Assembly: GCA_016180235.1 (NCBI GenBank) | Contig: JACPBQ010000003.1 | Span: 14,958 to 78,957, forward strand | Direction of reading: 5' to 3' | DNA from: Candidatus Woesearchaeota archaeon | Lineage (GTDB): Archaea; Nanobdellota; Nanobdellia; Woesearchaeales; GW2011-AR4 | DNA length: 64,000 nucleotides | Shown here: positions 48,206-58,410 of the stretch, in pieces | Layout of the letters: the number at the start of each line of letters is the position of its first letter | How positions within the stretch are numbered: the first letter of the stretch is position 1 | The notes under the pieces: model-generated | Databases searched by the model: none | The model's input: only the letters and a program-made list of their open reading frames with translations | What the model was told of the DNA's origin: nothing | Made by a program: the position numbers and the translations under genes

Positions 48206-48541
48206 TCAAAGATAGTCAACAATTTGCCTCACTTTTGCTTCATCTTCTGGACGGAATGCAACATAGCCTACTCTACCGAAAACCGCCGCGCCACGAAATA
48301 TTCCACCATTCTCTTTTGCAAGTGCCATGGCAATTTCATCAACAGCTCCTATCCTAACAAATGCTCTTTCGCTTACTTTACCAGCTGCATTTTCAGCTTG
48401 ATTTTTTCTCATTCTAGCTACTGTTGGAGACTCTTGGGTGATATCGTAAAGACCAACAAGAATATATCTAGTCACTCCATCAAAAGGCGCTGTTTCTCCG
48501 TATCCAACTTTTGTTTGTGTAGTAAGTGCAACACATTTCAT
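48206..48541 (-). CDS. hypothetical protein
   Basis: 111 aa ATG ORF with a TATA-like element upstream. Confidence 0.5.
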   Translation of the reverse strand: MKCVALTTQTKVGYGETAPFDGVTRYILVGLYDITQESPTVARMRKNQAENAAGKVSERAFVRIGAVDEIAMALAKENGGIFRGAAVFGRVGYVAFRPEDEAKVRQIVDYL

Positions 48542-48628
48542 AATCTATGGTTATGCTGTTCATTTTTTAAATATTGCTGATTTTCACTGCAAAACTTTTA
48601 TATACAAACCTCAAATATCCATCCTTGG

Positions 48629-50173
48629 GTGGTTCTGATAACAAAAGGCCAGGTAATAGGCGGGGAGTTTGGAAGGATAATTGCGAGGCAGAAATCCGGC
48701 CAGAAACTCGAGCTGGGGGAATTATTGGTTTCCGAATCCGGTGAAAATAAGATTCTGATGCAGGTCTTTGACTTGATATACGGCTCTCAGATTTCCCAGC
48801 AGAACCTTGAATTAATATCCGGAATGAAGCTGGAAGAAGATGCAGACACGGAATTCTTTGACAAGAACTTAAGGAATTACCTGCTGGCAAGATTAAAGAA
48901 TTTAGTCACGATCAATAATGACGGGGTTTTTGTAAGCAAACTGATGCCACCATTTTTTTCTGAAGTGAGGGAAGTGGCAAGGGAAGATTTGTCATTCCTG
49001 ACCAAGCCCGGCAATCCGCTGTTTATCGGTAACTTAAGGTCGGGAAGCAAAATGCTGGATGTTCCTATTTACCTTGAAGGCAGCAAGGTTTTAACACATC
49101 ATATTTTGATAGCAGGAACGACAGGCAGGGGCAAAAGCGTCTTAATCTCAAATATCCTGTGGAATCTGATATCCCAGGATTATTGCGGAATCCTGGTTTT
49201 GGACCCCCATGATGAATACTTTGGGAGGAACAAGCTTGGCCTTAAAGACCACCCCAGCAAGGAAAAATTAAGCTATTACACTCCAAAAGAAGTTCCTGTC
49301 GGTGCAAAAACCCTGAAGATTAATTTTAAGACAATAAAGCCGCAGCACTTTGACGGCGCAATCAGCCTCTCGGACCCTCAAAAGCAGGCTTTGTCATTGT
49401 ATTACAAGTTTTTTGGAAGCGGCTGGATCAAAAATCTGCTTTTTGAAAGGAAGATGGAAAATATTTCATTCATGGACCAGACAATCTCTGTTGTAAAAAG
49501 AAAGCTATTGCAACTGCTTGACCTGGAAATACAGGGGGAAAATATAATAGCAAAAGGCATCTTTGACGAGAATGCAGGCATAAATACTGCCTACGATATT
49601 GTAAAGGAGCTGGAAGACGGCAAGGTCGTTATTGTTGACACATCCAGCTTTTCCGGAGCTGTTGAGATACTGGTAGGAAGCCTGATTACTACAGAGCTTT
49701 TTAACAACTATAAGCATTATAAGATGGACGGAACTTTAAAGGAAAAGCCAGTTATATCTGTTGTTTTGGAAGAGGCGCCAAGAGTTTTAGGCAATGAAAT
49801 CCTGGAATCAGGCCCCAATATATTCTCGACAATAGCAAGGGAAGGCAGGAAGTTCAAAATAGGCCTGACAGCAATAACTCAGCTGCCTTCCTTGATTCCA
49901 AGGGAGATTTTAGCTAATATGAACACGAAAATTATATTAGGGATAGAGATGAAGCCGGAAAGGACTGCAATAATAGAGTCTGCTTCTCAGGATTTAAGCG
50001 ATGATGACCGCAATATAGCATCCTTGGACACAGGGGAAGCATTGATAAGCTCAAATTTTGCTAAATTTGCAATACCGGTTAAGATACCTTATTTTGAGGA
50101 TGTTGTAAAAAAAGATATAAACATGAAAAAAGAAAATATAAGGCACAGCTTCAGCGGAATAAATTTGACATAA
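48629..50173 (+). CDS. herA: HerA-family ATPase
   Basis: N-terminal HAS-barrel-like region, [35 protein letters not shown]. Confidence 0.9.
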   Translation: MVLITKGQVIGGEFGRIIARQKSGQKLELGELLVSESGENKILMQVFDLIYGSQISQQNLELISGMKLEEDADTEFFDKNLRNYLLARLKNLVTINNDGVFVSKLMPPFFSEVREVAREDLSFLTKPGNPLFIGNLRSGSKMLDVPIYLEGSKVLTHHILIAGTTGRGKSVLISNILWNLISQDYCGILVLDPHDEYFGRNKLGLKDHPSKEKLSYYTPKEVPVGAKTLKINFKTIKPQHFDGAISLSDPQKQALSLYYKFFGSGWIKNLLFERKMENISFMDQTISVVKRKLLQLLDLEIQGENIIAKGIFDENAGINTAYDIVKELEDGKVVIVDTSSFSGAVEILVGSLITTELFNNYKHYKMDGTLKEKPVISVVLEEAPRVLGNEILESGPNIFSTIAREGRKFKIGLTAITQLPSLIPREILANMNTKIILGIEMKPERTAIIESASQDLSDDDRNIASLDTGEALISSNFAKFAIPVKIPYFEDVVKKDINMKKENIRHSFSGINLT

Positions 50174-50177
50174 TAAA

Positions 50178-50627
50178 ATGGCCACCAATTTGGAATTAAG
50201 AATACTTGAATTGGCGAAATTATTATCCAAAAAAAGGCTAGGTTTCCCGGACAGGATTAGGGTGGCATATGACCTCATGAATCTGGCTGCTGAAAATAGG
50301 GCAGAGATTGAATACCTTAGAAGAAGCGGTAATAGCTTTTATGTTTTAATGAAAAAAGTTCTCGAAGCCTTTGCCAAACAGCTGAAGACTCTTATGGTAA
50401 GAAGAAAACAACTGCTTGAGGACATGAAGGGAAAAGAGTTTGTGGAGAAAATGCTCGAATCCTTCCCAAACCGCCCTTTAACCGGGAAAGAAATAGGACA
50501 AATCAGGCAAATACACATGGAAGAAGCAGGAAGGCTCGCAAGAGTAAACATAGATAAATATGTAGAGCGCACTAATATGCTGATAGGAGCTAGAAAACAG
50601 ATTGAAGCTTTTGCTAAAAAATTGTAA
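50178..50627 (+). CDS. hypothetical protein
   Basis: 149 aa ORF starting 4 nt after herA. Confidence 0.7.
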   Translation: MATNLELRILELAKLLSKKRLGFPDRIRVAYDLMNLAAENRAEIEYLRRSGNSFYVLMKKVLEAFAKQLKTLMVRRKQLLEDMKGKEFVEKMLESFPNRPLTGKEIGQIRQIHMEEAGRLARVNIDKYVERTNMLIGARKQIEAFAKKL

Positions 50628-50683
50628 AGAAAGGTTTGATAATGAAAAGGTTTAAACGTTCTTCTCAAGTCCAAGGAATTTAA

Positions 50684-50899
50684 TCACCGGTAAAGACCCG
50701 GATAAATCGTCTTAGGGGGTTCATTATAGTCTGCAGGACCAGCTCCTGTTGCTCCTTGGGTAAAATCAACTATTCTCCTTTTAGCAGCCATTTCTTGTAG
50801 CTGTTTGGAGCCTGGAGTCCCAATTCTTGTTTCCAATGCTGGATCAGCTATTGGTCCTGGACCAGCTATTTGCCCTTTGTTTTCTTTTGCATCGTTCAT
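50684..50899 (-). CDS. hypothetical protein
   Basis: 71 aa ORF with a TATA-like element upstream. Confidence 0.5.
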   Translation of the reverse strand: MNDAKENKGQIAGPGPIADPALETRIGTPGSKQLQEMAAKRRIVDFTQGATGAGPADYNEPPKTIYPGLYR

Positions 50900-50998
50900 A
50901 TCATTCGGTAGTCAATTGCAATATTTAAATTTAATGCATTTTCACATTAAAAATCAGCAATAACATTAAATGATGTTCTTAAGGATATTTTAACAAAG

Positions 50999-51295
50999 TC
51001 ATTTTTTCATTTTGCTGGCCGCTTTCCTGATTTCACGTTCAATTATCGCCAATAGCTTTATAACATTTTTTGATGTATTCGCAAAATTAGTTTTAGCCAT
51101 ATCCTTAACGATTAAGTTCAAGCCCCGCCTGATATTATTTAATTCATCTGCAATGTTTATATTTCTGTAATCACGAATCATCATAGCGACTTGGCTTTCT
51201 AAAACTCTAATTGCAGCTTTCCTTGTATCCTTGCTTCTTCCAGGAGTCCCCAATTCATATTTCACTAATTCAAAGGAAGTAACCAAATTTTGCAT
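50999..51295 (-). CDS. hypothetical protein
   Basis: 98 aa basic helical ORF with a TATA-like element upstream. Confidence 0.6.
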   Translation of the reverse strand: MQNLVTSFELVKYELGTPGRSKDTRKAAIRVLESQVAMMIRDYRNINIADELNNIRRGLNLIVKDMAKTNFANTSKNVIKLLAIIEREIRKAASKMKK

Positions 51296-51403
51296 TTTTT
51301 TATTTTAAAGACTATGCTTTATAAATTTATTTGTGTTTTAAATAATTGCAATTAATCAGCCTGCATCAAAACCCTTAAATAATTTGTTCTATTCCCATTG
51401 CCC

Positions 51404-52624
51404 ATGAAATTCGCCCACATGGCTGACTGCCACATAGGAAGCTGGAGGGATCCGAAGCTGAAGGATACAAGCACTTTAGCCTTTAGCAAGGCTGTTGACA
51501 GGTGCATAAGAGAAAATGTTGATTTTATCCTGATAGCAGGAGACTTATTCAACACCTCATTCCCAAGGCTTGATAACCTAAAATCAGCAGTATCATCTTT
51601 AAAGAAGCTCAAAGAAAAAGACATTCCAGTCTATATAATACCCGGAAGCCATGATTATTCTCCTTCAGGGAAGACAATGCTTGATGTTTTGGAAGAAGCT
51701 GGCTTGTTTGTTAATGTTGTAAAAGGGGAAGAAGTTGATGGAAAGCTAAAATTAAGCTTTACTATAGATCAAAAAACAGGAGCGAAGATAACAGGATTGC
51801 TTGGAAAAAGGTATTCCCTGGAGAAAAAATATTATGAAAACCTTATCACTGAAAATCTGGAGAAAGAAAAGGGCTACAAGATTTTCATGTTCCATTCCGG
51901 AATTGACGAGTTAAAGCCGGAGGATATGCAGAATATCATTACACAGCCTTTGTCTTTGCTGCCAAAAAACTTTGATTATTATGCCGGAGGCCATGTGCAT
52001 ATCGTGGAAAACAGGCAGATAGAAGGCTATGGTCTCATAGTTTACCCGGGCCCTTTGTTTCCCAATTCCTTCTCTGAACTGGAAAAATTGGAGCGGGGAG
52101 GATTTTATATTGTGGAAAATGGAAAATTAAGATGGGAGCCTATACAGGTCTTTAACATCTATAAAATATCAAAAAACTGCAATGGCATGTCTCCCGAGCA
52201 GATATTTGACGAATTAATTGATGAAATCAAGGACAAGGAATTCAATAATACTATAGTCCTGATAAGGCTGTCTGGAACTTTAAGCTCGGGCAAGCCTACC
52301 GATATTGATTTCAAGGAAATATTTGCGGCTTTATACGGCAAATCAGCATATTTTGTGATGAAAAACACCTCTGCATTGACAACAAAAGAATTTGAGGAAA
52401 TAAAAATAGACACAAAATCCGTTGAGGAAGCTGAAAACAGTATCATTAAGGAGCACCTGGGCCAGATTAAATTAAGGAATTTTGACAATGAAAAGGAGGA
52501 ATTATTGATAAAGAGTTTGATGGATGCTTTGTCAACAGAGAAGCAGGAAGGCGAGACAAATCCTGATTTTGAAAGACGGATTAAAGAAGAAGTTGGAAAG
52601 GTTTTGGATGTTGATGTGAAGTAA
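51404..52624 (+). CDS. mre11: Mre11 nuclease
   Basis: ADCHIG, AGDLF, GSHD, GGHVH, YPG. Confidence 0.92.
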   Translation: MKFAHMADCHIGSWRDPKLKDTSTLAFSKAVDRCIRENVDFILIAGDLFNTSFPRLDNLKSAVSSLKKLKEKDIPVYIIPGSHDYSPSGKTMLDVLEEAGLFVNVVKGEEVDGKLKLSFTIDQKTGAKITGLLGKRYSLEKKYYENLITENLEKEKGYKIFMFHSGIDELKPEDMQNIITQPLSLLPKNFDYYAGGHVHIVENRQIEGYGLIVYPGPLFPNSFSELEKLERGGFYIVENGKLRWEPIQVFNIYKISKNCNGMSPEQIFDELIDEIKDKEFNNTIVLIRLSGTLSSGKPTDIDFKEIFAALYGKSAYFVMKNTSALTTKEFEEIKIDTKSVEEAENSIIKEHLGQIKLRNFDNEKEELLIKSLMDALSTEKQEGETNPDFERRIKEEVGKVLDVDVK

Positions 52625-52639
52625 ATTATCTATTTCAAA

Positions 52640-52969
52640 TTAACGGCCATATATCATTTTATGAACTCTTCTTATTAGCCCCTCAAACTCCTCATCTGTA
52701 AAATTGCCTGAATCTGCAAACTTTTCATTCGCTTCCTCTACTATTTTATCAAGCTCTGAAGCCTTTTTTCTGTCCTCTTCCCCCAGGCTTAAGCCGCAAG
52801 TTTGCTGGATATAATCTGCATAAGCCCTTATTGGATGTCGTGCAATTTCTTCTGCCAGCCTTTCTTTGCCTTTAGTTCTGAAAATTAGTGCATAGCTAAA
52901 CCATTCATTATAATAATCCTCGTTTATTCCAGTTATACGTGAAACTGGAGGCATTTCCTTGTTGACCAT
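52640..52969 (-). CDS. hypothetical protein
   Basis: 109 aa ORF downstream of gatB. Confidence 0.65.
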   Translation of the reverse strand: MVNKEMPPVSRITGINEDYYNEWFSYALIFRTKGKERLAEEIARHPIRAYADYIQQTCGLSLGEEDRKKASELDKIVEEANEKFADSGNFTDEEFEGLIRRVHKMIYGR

Positions 52970-52991
52970 GTTAAAATTAATAACTAGGAAC

Positions 52992-54407
52992 TTATTTCAA
53001 TAGGCTTTTAATAATCTCATTAACCTCTTTAGGAGTCGCTTTTCCCTTCGTCTTTTTCATCACACTGCCAATAACAAAATTAAGCGCTTTTTCATTCCCG
53101 CTTTTATAATCTTCAACAGCTTTGGGATTTTCTTTTATCGCTTCCCTGCAGTATTTTTCCAATTCAGAAACATCCGATACGGCTTCCAATCTTTCCTTTT
53201 TTACGTATTCATTGACATCAAACGGCTTCTCAACCAATTTTTCAAGCAGTTTTTGAGCGACATTTTCGGTTATTTTTTTATTTTCGACTAATTTTAACAG
53301 TTGTATCAAATGCTTCTCATCAATCTCTATCTCATGGATTTCTTTTTTGTTGTAATTTAAAACCCTGACTAATTCCCTTCTCACCCATTTTGCAGCCAAA
53401 ACAGGATTAACTTCCTCTGCTACCTTCTCGAACATCTCTGCAAGCTCTTTTTCCGCTGCCAGGATTTCAGCATCTTCCTTCTTTATTTTGTGCTTTGCAA
53501 CAAATTTCTTGATTTTGTCGTGCGCCAGTTCCGGCATATCTTTCTTTATTTTATCAGTCAAATCCTTGGTTATCTCTGTTTTTACCAAATCTGTATCTAA
53601 AATATAGCCGTAATCTTCCTCTGTCTCTTTTTTCCTCAATAAAAATGTAATCCCTTTTTCGGAATCCCAGCTCCTGGTTTCCTGCTCAAGCTTTCTGCCT
53701 TCCGCTATTGCCGATTTTTGCCTTGCTATCTCATAATTCAATGCCCTCTCAATCTCCTTGAATCCTGTTATATTCTTTATTTCAATCCTTGTATAATCGC
53801 TTCCCTTTATGGAAACATTTGCATCGGCCTTTATAATCCCGTTATTTATATCAAATATTTTCAGATAGCCTAATGTGGTTATTAATTGCTTCATGAATTC
53901 CCTTGCTTCCTCTGCATTTCCCAGTTCAGGCTTTGTAACTATTTCAAGCAATGGATTCCCGCTTCTGTTATAATCAACTAGCACATAAGCAGACTGCTGC
54001 ATTCCGGAAGGATGTATCAAGGAAGCAGGATCCTCTTCCATATGGACCCTTGTAATCCCAATTTCCTTCCCGTCTCTAAGTTTTAAATTTCCTTCTTCTC
54101 CTAATGGTATTTCATATTGCGTAATCTGGTAGTTTTTTGACATATCCGGATAGAAATAAGATTTTCTGGAAAAAATCAATTCTTTATTTACTTTGCAGTT
54201 TAATGCCAGGCATAATTTTATTGCAAATTCAACAGCTTTTTTGTTCAATACAGGCTTGCTTCCCGGATGGCCTAAACACACTGGACAAGTTCTCGTATTG
54301 GGCTCCTCGCTGCCTTTTGTAGGGCAAGAGCAGAATAATTTTGTGTTTGTGTCTACTTCTATATGTATCTCCAGGCCAACTACGATGTCTGTTTTGAATT
54401 TGTTCAT
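52992..54407 (-). CDS. gatB: Asp/Glu-tRNA amidotransferase subunit B
   Basis: VGLEIH, TKLFCSC, RKSYFYPD, DYNRSGNPLLEIVT, EIKN. Confidence 0.96.
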   Translation of the reverse strand: MNKFKTDIVVGLEIHIEVDTNTKLFCSCPTKGSEEPNTRTCPVCLGHPGSKPVLNKKAVEFAIKLCLALNCKVNKELIFSRKSYFYPDMSKNYQITQYEIPLGEEGNLKLRDGKEIGITRVHMEEDPASLIHPSGMQQSAYVLVDYNRSGNPLLEIVTKPELGNAEEAREFMKQLITTLGYLKIFDINNGIIKADANVSIKGSDYTRIEIKNITGFKEIERALNYEIARQKSAIAEGRKLEQETRSWDSEKGITFLLRKKETEEDYGYILDTDLVKTEITKDLTDKIKKDMPELAHDKIKKFVAKHKIKKEDAEILAAEKELAEMFEKVAEEVNPVLAAKWVRRELVRVLNYNKKEIHEIEIDEKHLIQLLKLVENKKITENVAQKLLEKLVEKPFDVNEYVKKERLEAVSDVSELEKYCREAIKENPKAVEDYKSGNEKALNFVIGSVMKKTKGKATPKEVNEIIKSLLK

Positions 54408-54425
54408 TTTTAATTTGAATACTTG

Positions 54426-54854
54426 TCAATTATTAAACATTTCCTTGGCAATTTCATTTGAGCATTTATCCCAAAAATCTATTATTTCTTTTGCCTGTGT
54501 GGCTTTAACTTTAAATCCCCTGTAATTTGCATCATTCCTTATTCTTTTAAACCTTGAAAGATGATTCAGCATTAATCTCTCCTTTATGTTTGAGTCCTTA
54601 AGTATTTCCATGCAAACCTCATGGTTTCTTGGCTCATAGCCTAATAACCACCACTTGGCATCGCCTAACTGCCTCACTGATTCGTAGATTTCCCTGAATA
54701 TGAGCGTGGCGCTGTCATCATACAAAGGGACCGCTTTTGCAATTCTTGCATTTATTTTGGCAGATTCAACCATGGATTTGGCCCTCTCTTTGTCCGGCTG
54801 CCTTATCCTGATTTGGTCACTCCCGATGTACATTTCGATTGCGTCTTGTTTCAT
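54426..54854 (-). CDS. HEPN-domain protein
   Basis: RNHE, RIRNDANYRG; overlaps the upstream MNT gene by 4 nt. Confidence 0.8.
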   Translation of the reverse strand: MKQDAIEMYIGSDQIRIRQPDKERAKSMVESAKINARIAKAVPLYDDSATLIFREIYESVRQLGDAKWWLLGYEPRNHEVCMEILKDSNIKERLMLNHLSRFKRIRNDANYRGFKVKATQAKEIIDFWDKCSNEIAKEMFNN

Positions 54855-55432
54855 GGTTTTACCTCTAAAAAGCCTGCTAAAACAATGCCATTGGCTATGT
54901 TATTAAAGACATTTAAATCAACATTTGTTCTGTTAAATAAGTGTATCTGCAGCTTTCTTCCAATAGCATTCTCAAATTCTGTAAGATTCTTATGCCTGAC
55001 GATTTTATAGTCATCAACCTCATCACTCTCAATAGCTATGTCAATGTCAGACGTGGAAATATCATCGCCTTTGCTAAAGCTGCCAAATAATATTATCGCC
55101 TTTGGATTATTAAACTGCTCATTTATGAATTCTACCAAACCGCTTTGATAAACAAAATTGAGATTGAATATTACCTTGCTCTTTATGAATTCCGGGCTTT
55201 GTTGATTGGCTTTTATTCTCCATATTTTGCTCAATTTTATGATATTTATGAGTCCAAGTTCGTAAAATTCATTTAAAATCGTGCCTATATGAGCCTTTGC
55301 AACGCCTGCTTCTTTTGCAATATCCGAAAGGCTAAACTCTTTTTCGGGGTATTTAAGAAATACACTCCATACTTTTTGTCTAGCGGTTTCAATATAGAAC
55401 GTAAGTAACTTTTTTGTAACAATCGGTTTCAT
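54851..55432 (-). CDS. wHTH + minimal nucleotidyltransferase (MNT)
   Basis: LSDIAKEAGVAK; ILFGSFSKGDD...SDIDIAI. Confidence 0.88.
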   Translation of the reverse strand: MKPIVTKKLLTFYIETARQKVWSVFLKYPEKEFSLSDIAKEAGVAKAHIGTILNEFYELGLINIIKLSKIWRIKANQQSPEFIKSKVIFNLNFVYQSGLVEFINEQFNNPKAIILFGSFSKGDDISTSDIDIAIESDEVDDYKIVRHKNLTEFENAIGRKLQIHLFNRTNVDLNVFNNIANGIVLAGFLEVKP

Positions 55433-55434
55433 TT

Positions 55435-55450
55435 TGTAACGTATGTTACA
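55435..55450. promoter_or_regulatory. inverted repeat TGTAAC-GTAT-GTTACA, probable operator of the MNT-HEPN pair
   Basis: perfect 6-bp arms between the TATA-like element and the start codon. Confidence 0.65.
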
Positions 55451-55517
55451 TATTAGAACTATTTAAATGTTTCGGTTTAATGATAGAAAAGGGCTGCTCC
55501 AGTTATCCTCAACCTTA

Positions 55518-56951
55518 TTACTCCTCATCAAACAAACTCCCTATCTGCAGCAATTTCCCTTCCTCCAGATGATCTGCTGTCAGCATCATCCCAACCGGTA
55601 ATTTTTCCTCAAAGCCAACAGGCACATTTAAGTGAGGCAATCCCGCTAAGTTAGGGCTTACAGTCATGATGTCCATCATGTAGTTCTGCAAAGGGCTTAG
55701 TTTTTCTATTTCAGAGAATTTTGGAGGCAATATAGGCATAGTTGGAGATACTAAAGCATCATACTTTTTGAACAATCTCTTGTATTCCTGGATTATTTTG
55801 GCCCTTACTTTTGCAGCTTTTATGTAATAAGCGTCCCTATAGCCAGACATCCTTGCAAAAGTGCCTAAAATGATTCTTCTCTTTACTTCGGTTCCAAGAT
55901 GCTCGCTCCTTACTTTGGAAAAATACTCGTTGAAATTCCCCTTTAGCTCTTCGCTCATGCCGTATCTCATCCCGCAGTATTTAGCCAGGTTAGTGGATGC
56001 CTCGGAAGTAGCAAGGATATAATAAGCAGCCAGGCCGTATTTTACCGGCAATGACAGGGAAACTTCCTCAATTTTGGCTCCATTCTCCTTTAGTTTTTCA
56101 ATCCCATTCCTTGCATTTTTCTCAACCTTCCCGTCAATATCCCTGAACGTTTCTTTAATTACCCCGATTCGGATATTATTTCTTTTTTTATTTATTGAAT
56201 CGGTATAATTATTTATTGGCTCATTTATTGTCGTGCTCTCGTTATTGTCAAAACCAGCTATTGCTTCCAATAATAATGCAGCATCATAAGCATTCTTTCC
56301 CAAAGTCCCGATTTTATCCAGAGAATTCCCGTAATCAATCAATCCATGCCTTGAAACCCTTCCGTAAGTGGGAGTTAGCCCAAACACGCCGCAAAAAGAT
56401 GCAGGCGCTGCTATAGAGCCTCCTGTGCTCTCTCCTAAAGCAATATGCGGAAAACTTGCTTTTTGTGTTATTCCGGCTGCCCCTCCGGAACTGCCTCCGC
56501 ATGCCCTTGTCTTATCAAAGGGGTTCTTTGGAATTTCAAAACCCAGGCCTACATTGACATTAAAGCTTCCAAAGCCGAACTCATCCTGCGCAGTCTTTCC
56601 TATTATTATTGCTCCCTGCTCAACCGCTTTCTTAATCACAGTAGCATCAAACAATGGCTTGTAGCCCTTAAGAATCCTTGAACCAGCAGTGCTTTCTATT
56701 CCTTTAACGCAAATAGCATCCTTGGCAGAAACCGCAACTCCCAATAATTTTTTGTTTTTAAGGCTATTCTTATCTTGTTTTAATTGTTTTTTAATATCAT
56801 TGGCTTGCTTAATTGCTAACTCCTCAGAAATGGCATTGAAATAATTGTATTCCTTATTGAGCTTTTTGCATTCTTCAATGGCCTTATGGGTATGCTCAAC
56901 TATGTCAATTTCATTGCTTTTTATTTTTTGAATAAAATCCTGCGTTCTCAT
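55518..56951 (-). CDS. gatA: Asp/Glu-tRNA amidotransferase subunit A
   Basis: amidase signature GGSSGG, ESTGGSI; NLAKYCGMRYG; EVKRRIILG. Confidence 0.95.
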   Translation of the reverse strand: MRTQDFIQKIKSNEIDIVEHTHKAIEECKKLNKEYNYFNAISEELAIKQANDIKKQLKQDKNSLKNKKLLGVAVSAKDAICVKGIESTAGSRILKGYKPLFDATVIKKAVEQGAIIIGKTAQDEFGFGSFNVNVGLGFEIPKNPFDKTRACGGSSGGAAGITQKASFPHIALGESTGGSIAAPASFCGVFGLTPTYGRVSRHGLIDYGNSLDKIGTLGKNAYDAALLLEAIAGFDNNESTTINEPINNYTDSINKKRNNIRIGVIKETFRDIDGKVEKNARNGIEKLKENGAKIEEVSLSLPVKYGLAAYYILATSEASTNLAKYCGMRYGMSEELKGNFNEYFSKVRSEHLGTEVKRRIILGTFARMSGYRDAYYIKAAKVRAKIIQEYKRLFKKYDALVSPTMPILPPKFSEIEKLSPLQNYMMDIMTVSPNLAGLPHLNVPVGFEEKLPVGMMLTADHLEEGKLLQIGSLFDEE

Positions 56952-57529
56952 TTTTTATTGTTCTTTTTAACTTGCAGCTCTTTTGGCTCTTCCTTCAGCT
57001 GCGTTGCAATTACCAGGCTGAATAATGAAGCGATAAACATGACCAAAAACAGGGTCTTAAACCCATACAGGCTTGCCAGGAAGCTTCCGATTAAGGCTGC
57101 TATGCCCTGGACTATGAACCATGTGCTTTCCCATGCAATCCACTGGAAAGCCAGCTTTTTCCTGTCAACATAGTTTGCGTAAAACGAATAAGTTGCAGGA
57201 GATATCACAACAACAGACAATCCTAAAAAGACCTGCAGGATGAACATTTGAGGCACATTTGAGACAAAATAATATCCTAAAAATCCAAGGCTTCTAAGGA
57301 AATATCCTGCAACCAAGACATTCTTGTCTTTGCTTAATTTATCCTGCAGCTTGCCCATGAAAAGCATGCCGATTCCTGAAACAATCATGAAAATAGCCCA
57401 TGCTGCTCCGGCTTCCAGTATATCCCCTCCTATTTTTTGCACAAAAACAGCATAGATAGGCCCCAACATGCCGAAGGCTAATGCATAAATCCCATCCGCA
57501 ACCAGAAACAATTTTAGCTGCTTGTGCAT
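56948..57529 (-). CDS. half-size (6 TM) MFS-like transporter
   Basis: GKLQDK motif-A-like sequence; six hydrophobic helices. Confidence 0.8.
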   Translation of the reverse strand: MHKQLKLFLVADGIYALAFGMLGPIYAVFVQKIGGDILEAGAAWAIFMIVSGIGMLFMGKLQDKLSKDKNVLVAGYFLRSLGFLGYYFVSNVPQMFILQVFLGLSVVVISPATYSFYANYVDRKKLAFQWIAWESTWFIVQGIAALIGSFLASLYGFKTLFLVMFIASLFSLVIATQLKEEPKELQVKKNNKK

Positions 57530-57530
57530 T

Positions 57531-58067
57531 TTAGCTGATTGTAACCTTATTCATAACATCCCCATCCCTTAATTTCCCTGCAACATCCATGCCTTCTATT
57601 ACTTTGCCGAAAACAGCATAGTTTCCATCAAGGAAATGGGAATCTTCCAGGGTAATGTAAAACTGGGATGATGCGCTGTTTGGGTCAGAAGCCCTGGCCA
57701 TCGCAACTGCTCCCTTAACATGAGTAAGTGCAGGATTTATCTCCAAGAGTATGTTTTTGCCAGAGCCTCCAGTGCCATCGCCGTTTGGATCTCCGCCCTG
57801 TATGACAAAACCTGGCTCATACCTGTGGAAAGTCAAGCCGTCATAGAATCCCGAGCTTGCAAGCTCAATGAAGTTTTTTGCCGTTACCGGCGCTTTATCC
57901 TGGTACAATTCAAATTTTATTGTTCCCTTGTCCGTATCTATAGTTGCTATTTTGTTTTTCATTTTTACATCTTCTCCTGTTACAACTGGGTCTCTGGCCG
58001 TATTGCTGCCAGAGCATCCTGCAATAACGAATAAAAACACAACCAGCCATATTATCTGCATTCTCAT
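57531..58067 (-). CDS. cyclophilin-type PPIase with a lipoprotein signal
   Basis: IAGC lipobox; [32 protein letters not shown]. Confidence 0.93.
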   Translation of the reverse strand: MRMQIIWLVVFLFVIAGCSGSNTARDPVVTGEDVKMKNKIATIDTDKGTIKFELYQDKAPVTAKNFIELASSGFYDGLTFHRYEPGFVIQGGDPNGDGTGGSGKNILLEINPALTHVKGAVAMARASDPNSASSQFYITLEDSHFLDGNYAVFGKVIEGMDVAGKLRDGDVMNKVTIS

Positions 58068-58075
58068 TTTTTCCT

Positions 58076-58366
58076 TTAAATCGCCCTCGGCCCTTTAAAA
58101 TAGCCGTCTTTTTTATTTTGTGTCAATGACAATGCTTCTTCTTGGCTAAGGCATTCTTTTGCTTTATCCTCTCTTAACACGTTCTTTAATTCAACCGGCT
58201 GCAGGCTTACATCTATGCCTTTAGTATCAACTTCATCCAGTTTTGAGAAAGTATCCAGGATTTCCTTCAGCTCTTTGACGAACTGCTTCTTCTCTTTTTC
58301 AGAAATTTTCAGCCTGGCAACATCAGCAACGTGCTCTATAAGCTTCTCATCAACCTTCGCTTTCAT
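58076..58366 (-). CDS. gatC: Asp/Glu-tRNA amidotransferase subunit C
   Basis: [19 protein letters not shown]. Confidence 0.92.
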   Translation of the reverse strand: MKAKVDEKLIEHVADVARLKISEKEKKQFVKELKEILDTFSKLDEVDTKGIDVSLQPVELKNVLREDKAKECLSQEEALSLTQNKKDGYFKGPRAI

Positions 58367-58410
58367 AAGAGAAATTGTTTTGGAATCGGGGTTTAAATAG
58401 TTTTTGTGTC

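Noticed and set aside
48629-50627. HerA plus downstream ORF as an anti-phage system
   Set aside because: This HerA looks like the housekeeping repair type near mre11, and the partner ORF shows no nuclease or Sir2 motif.
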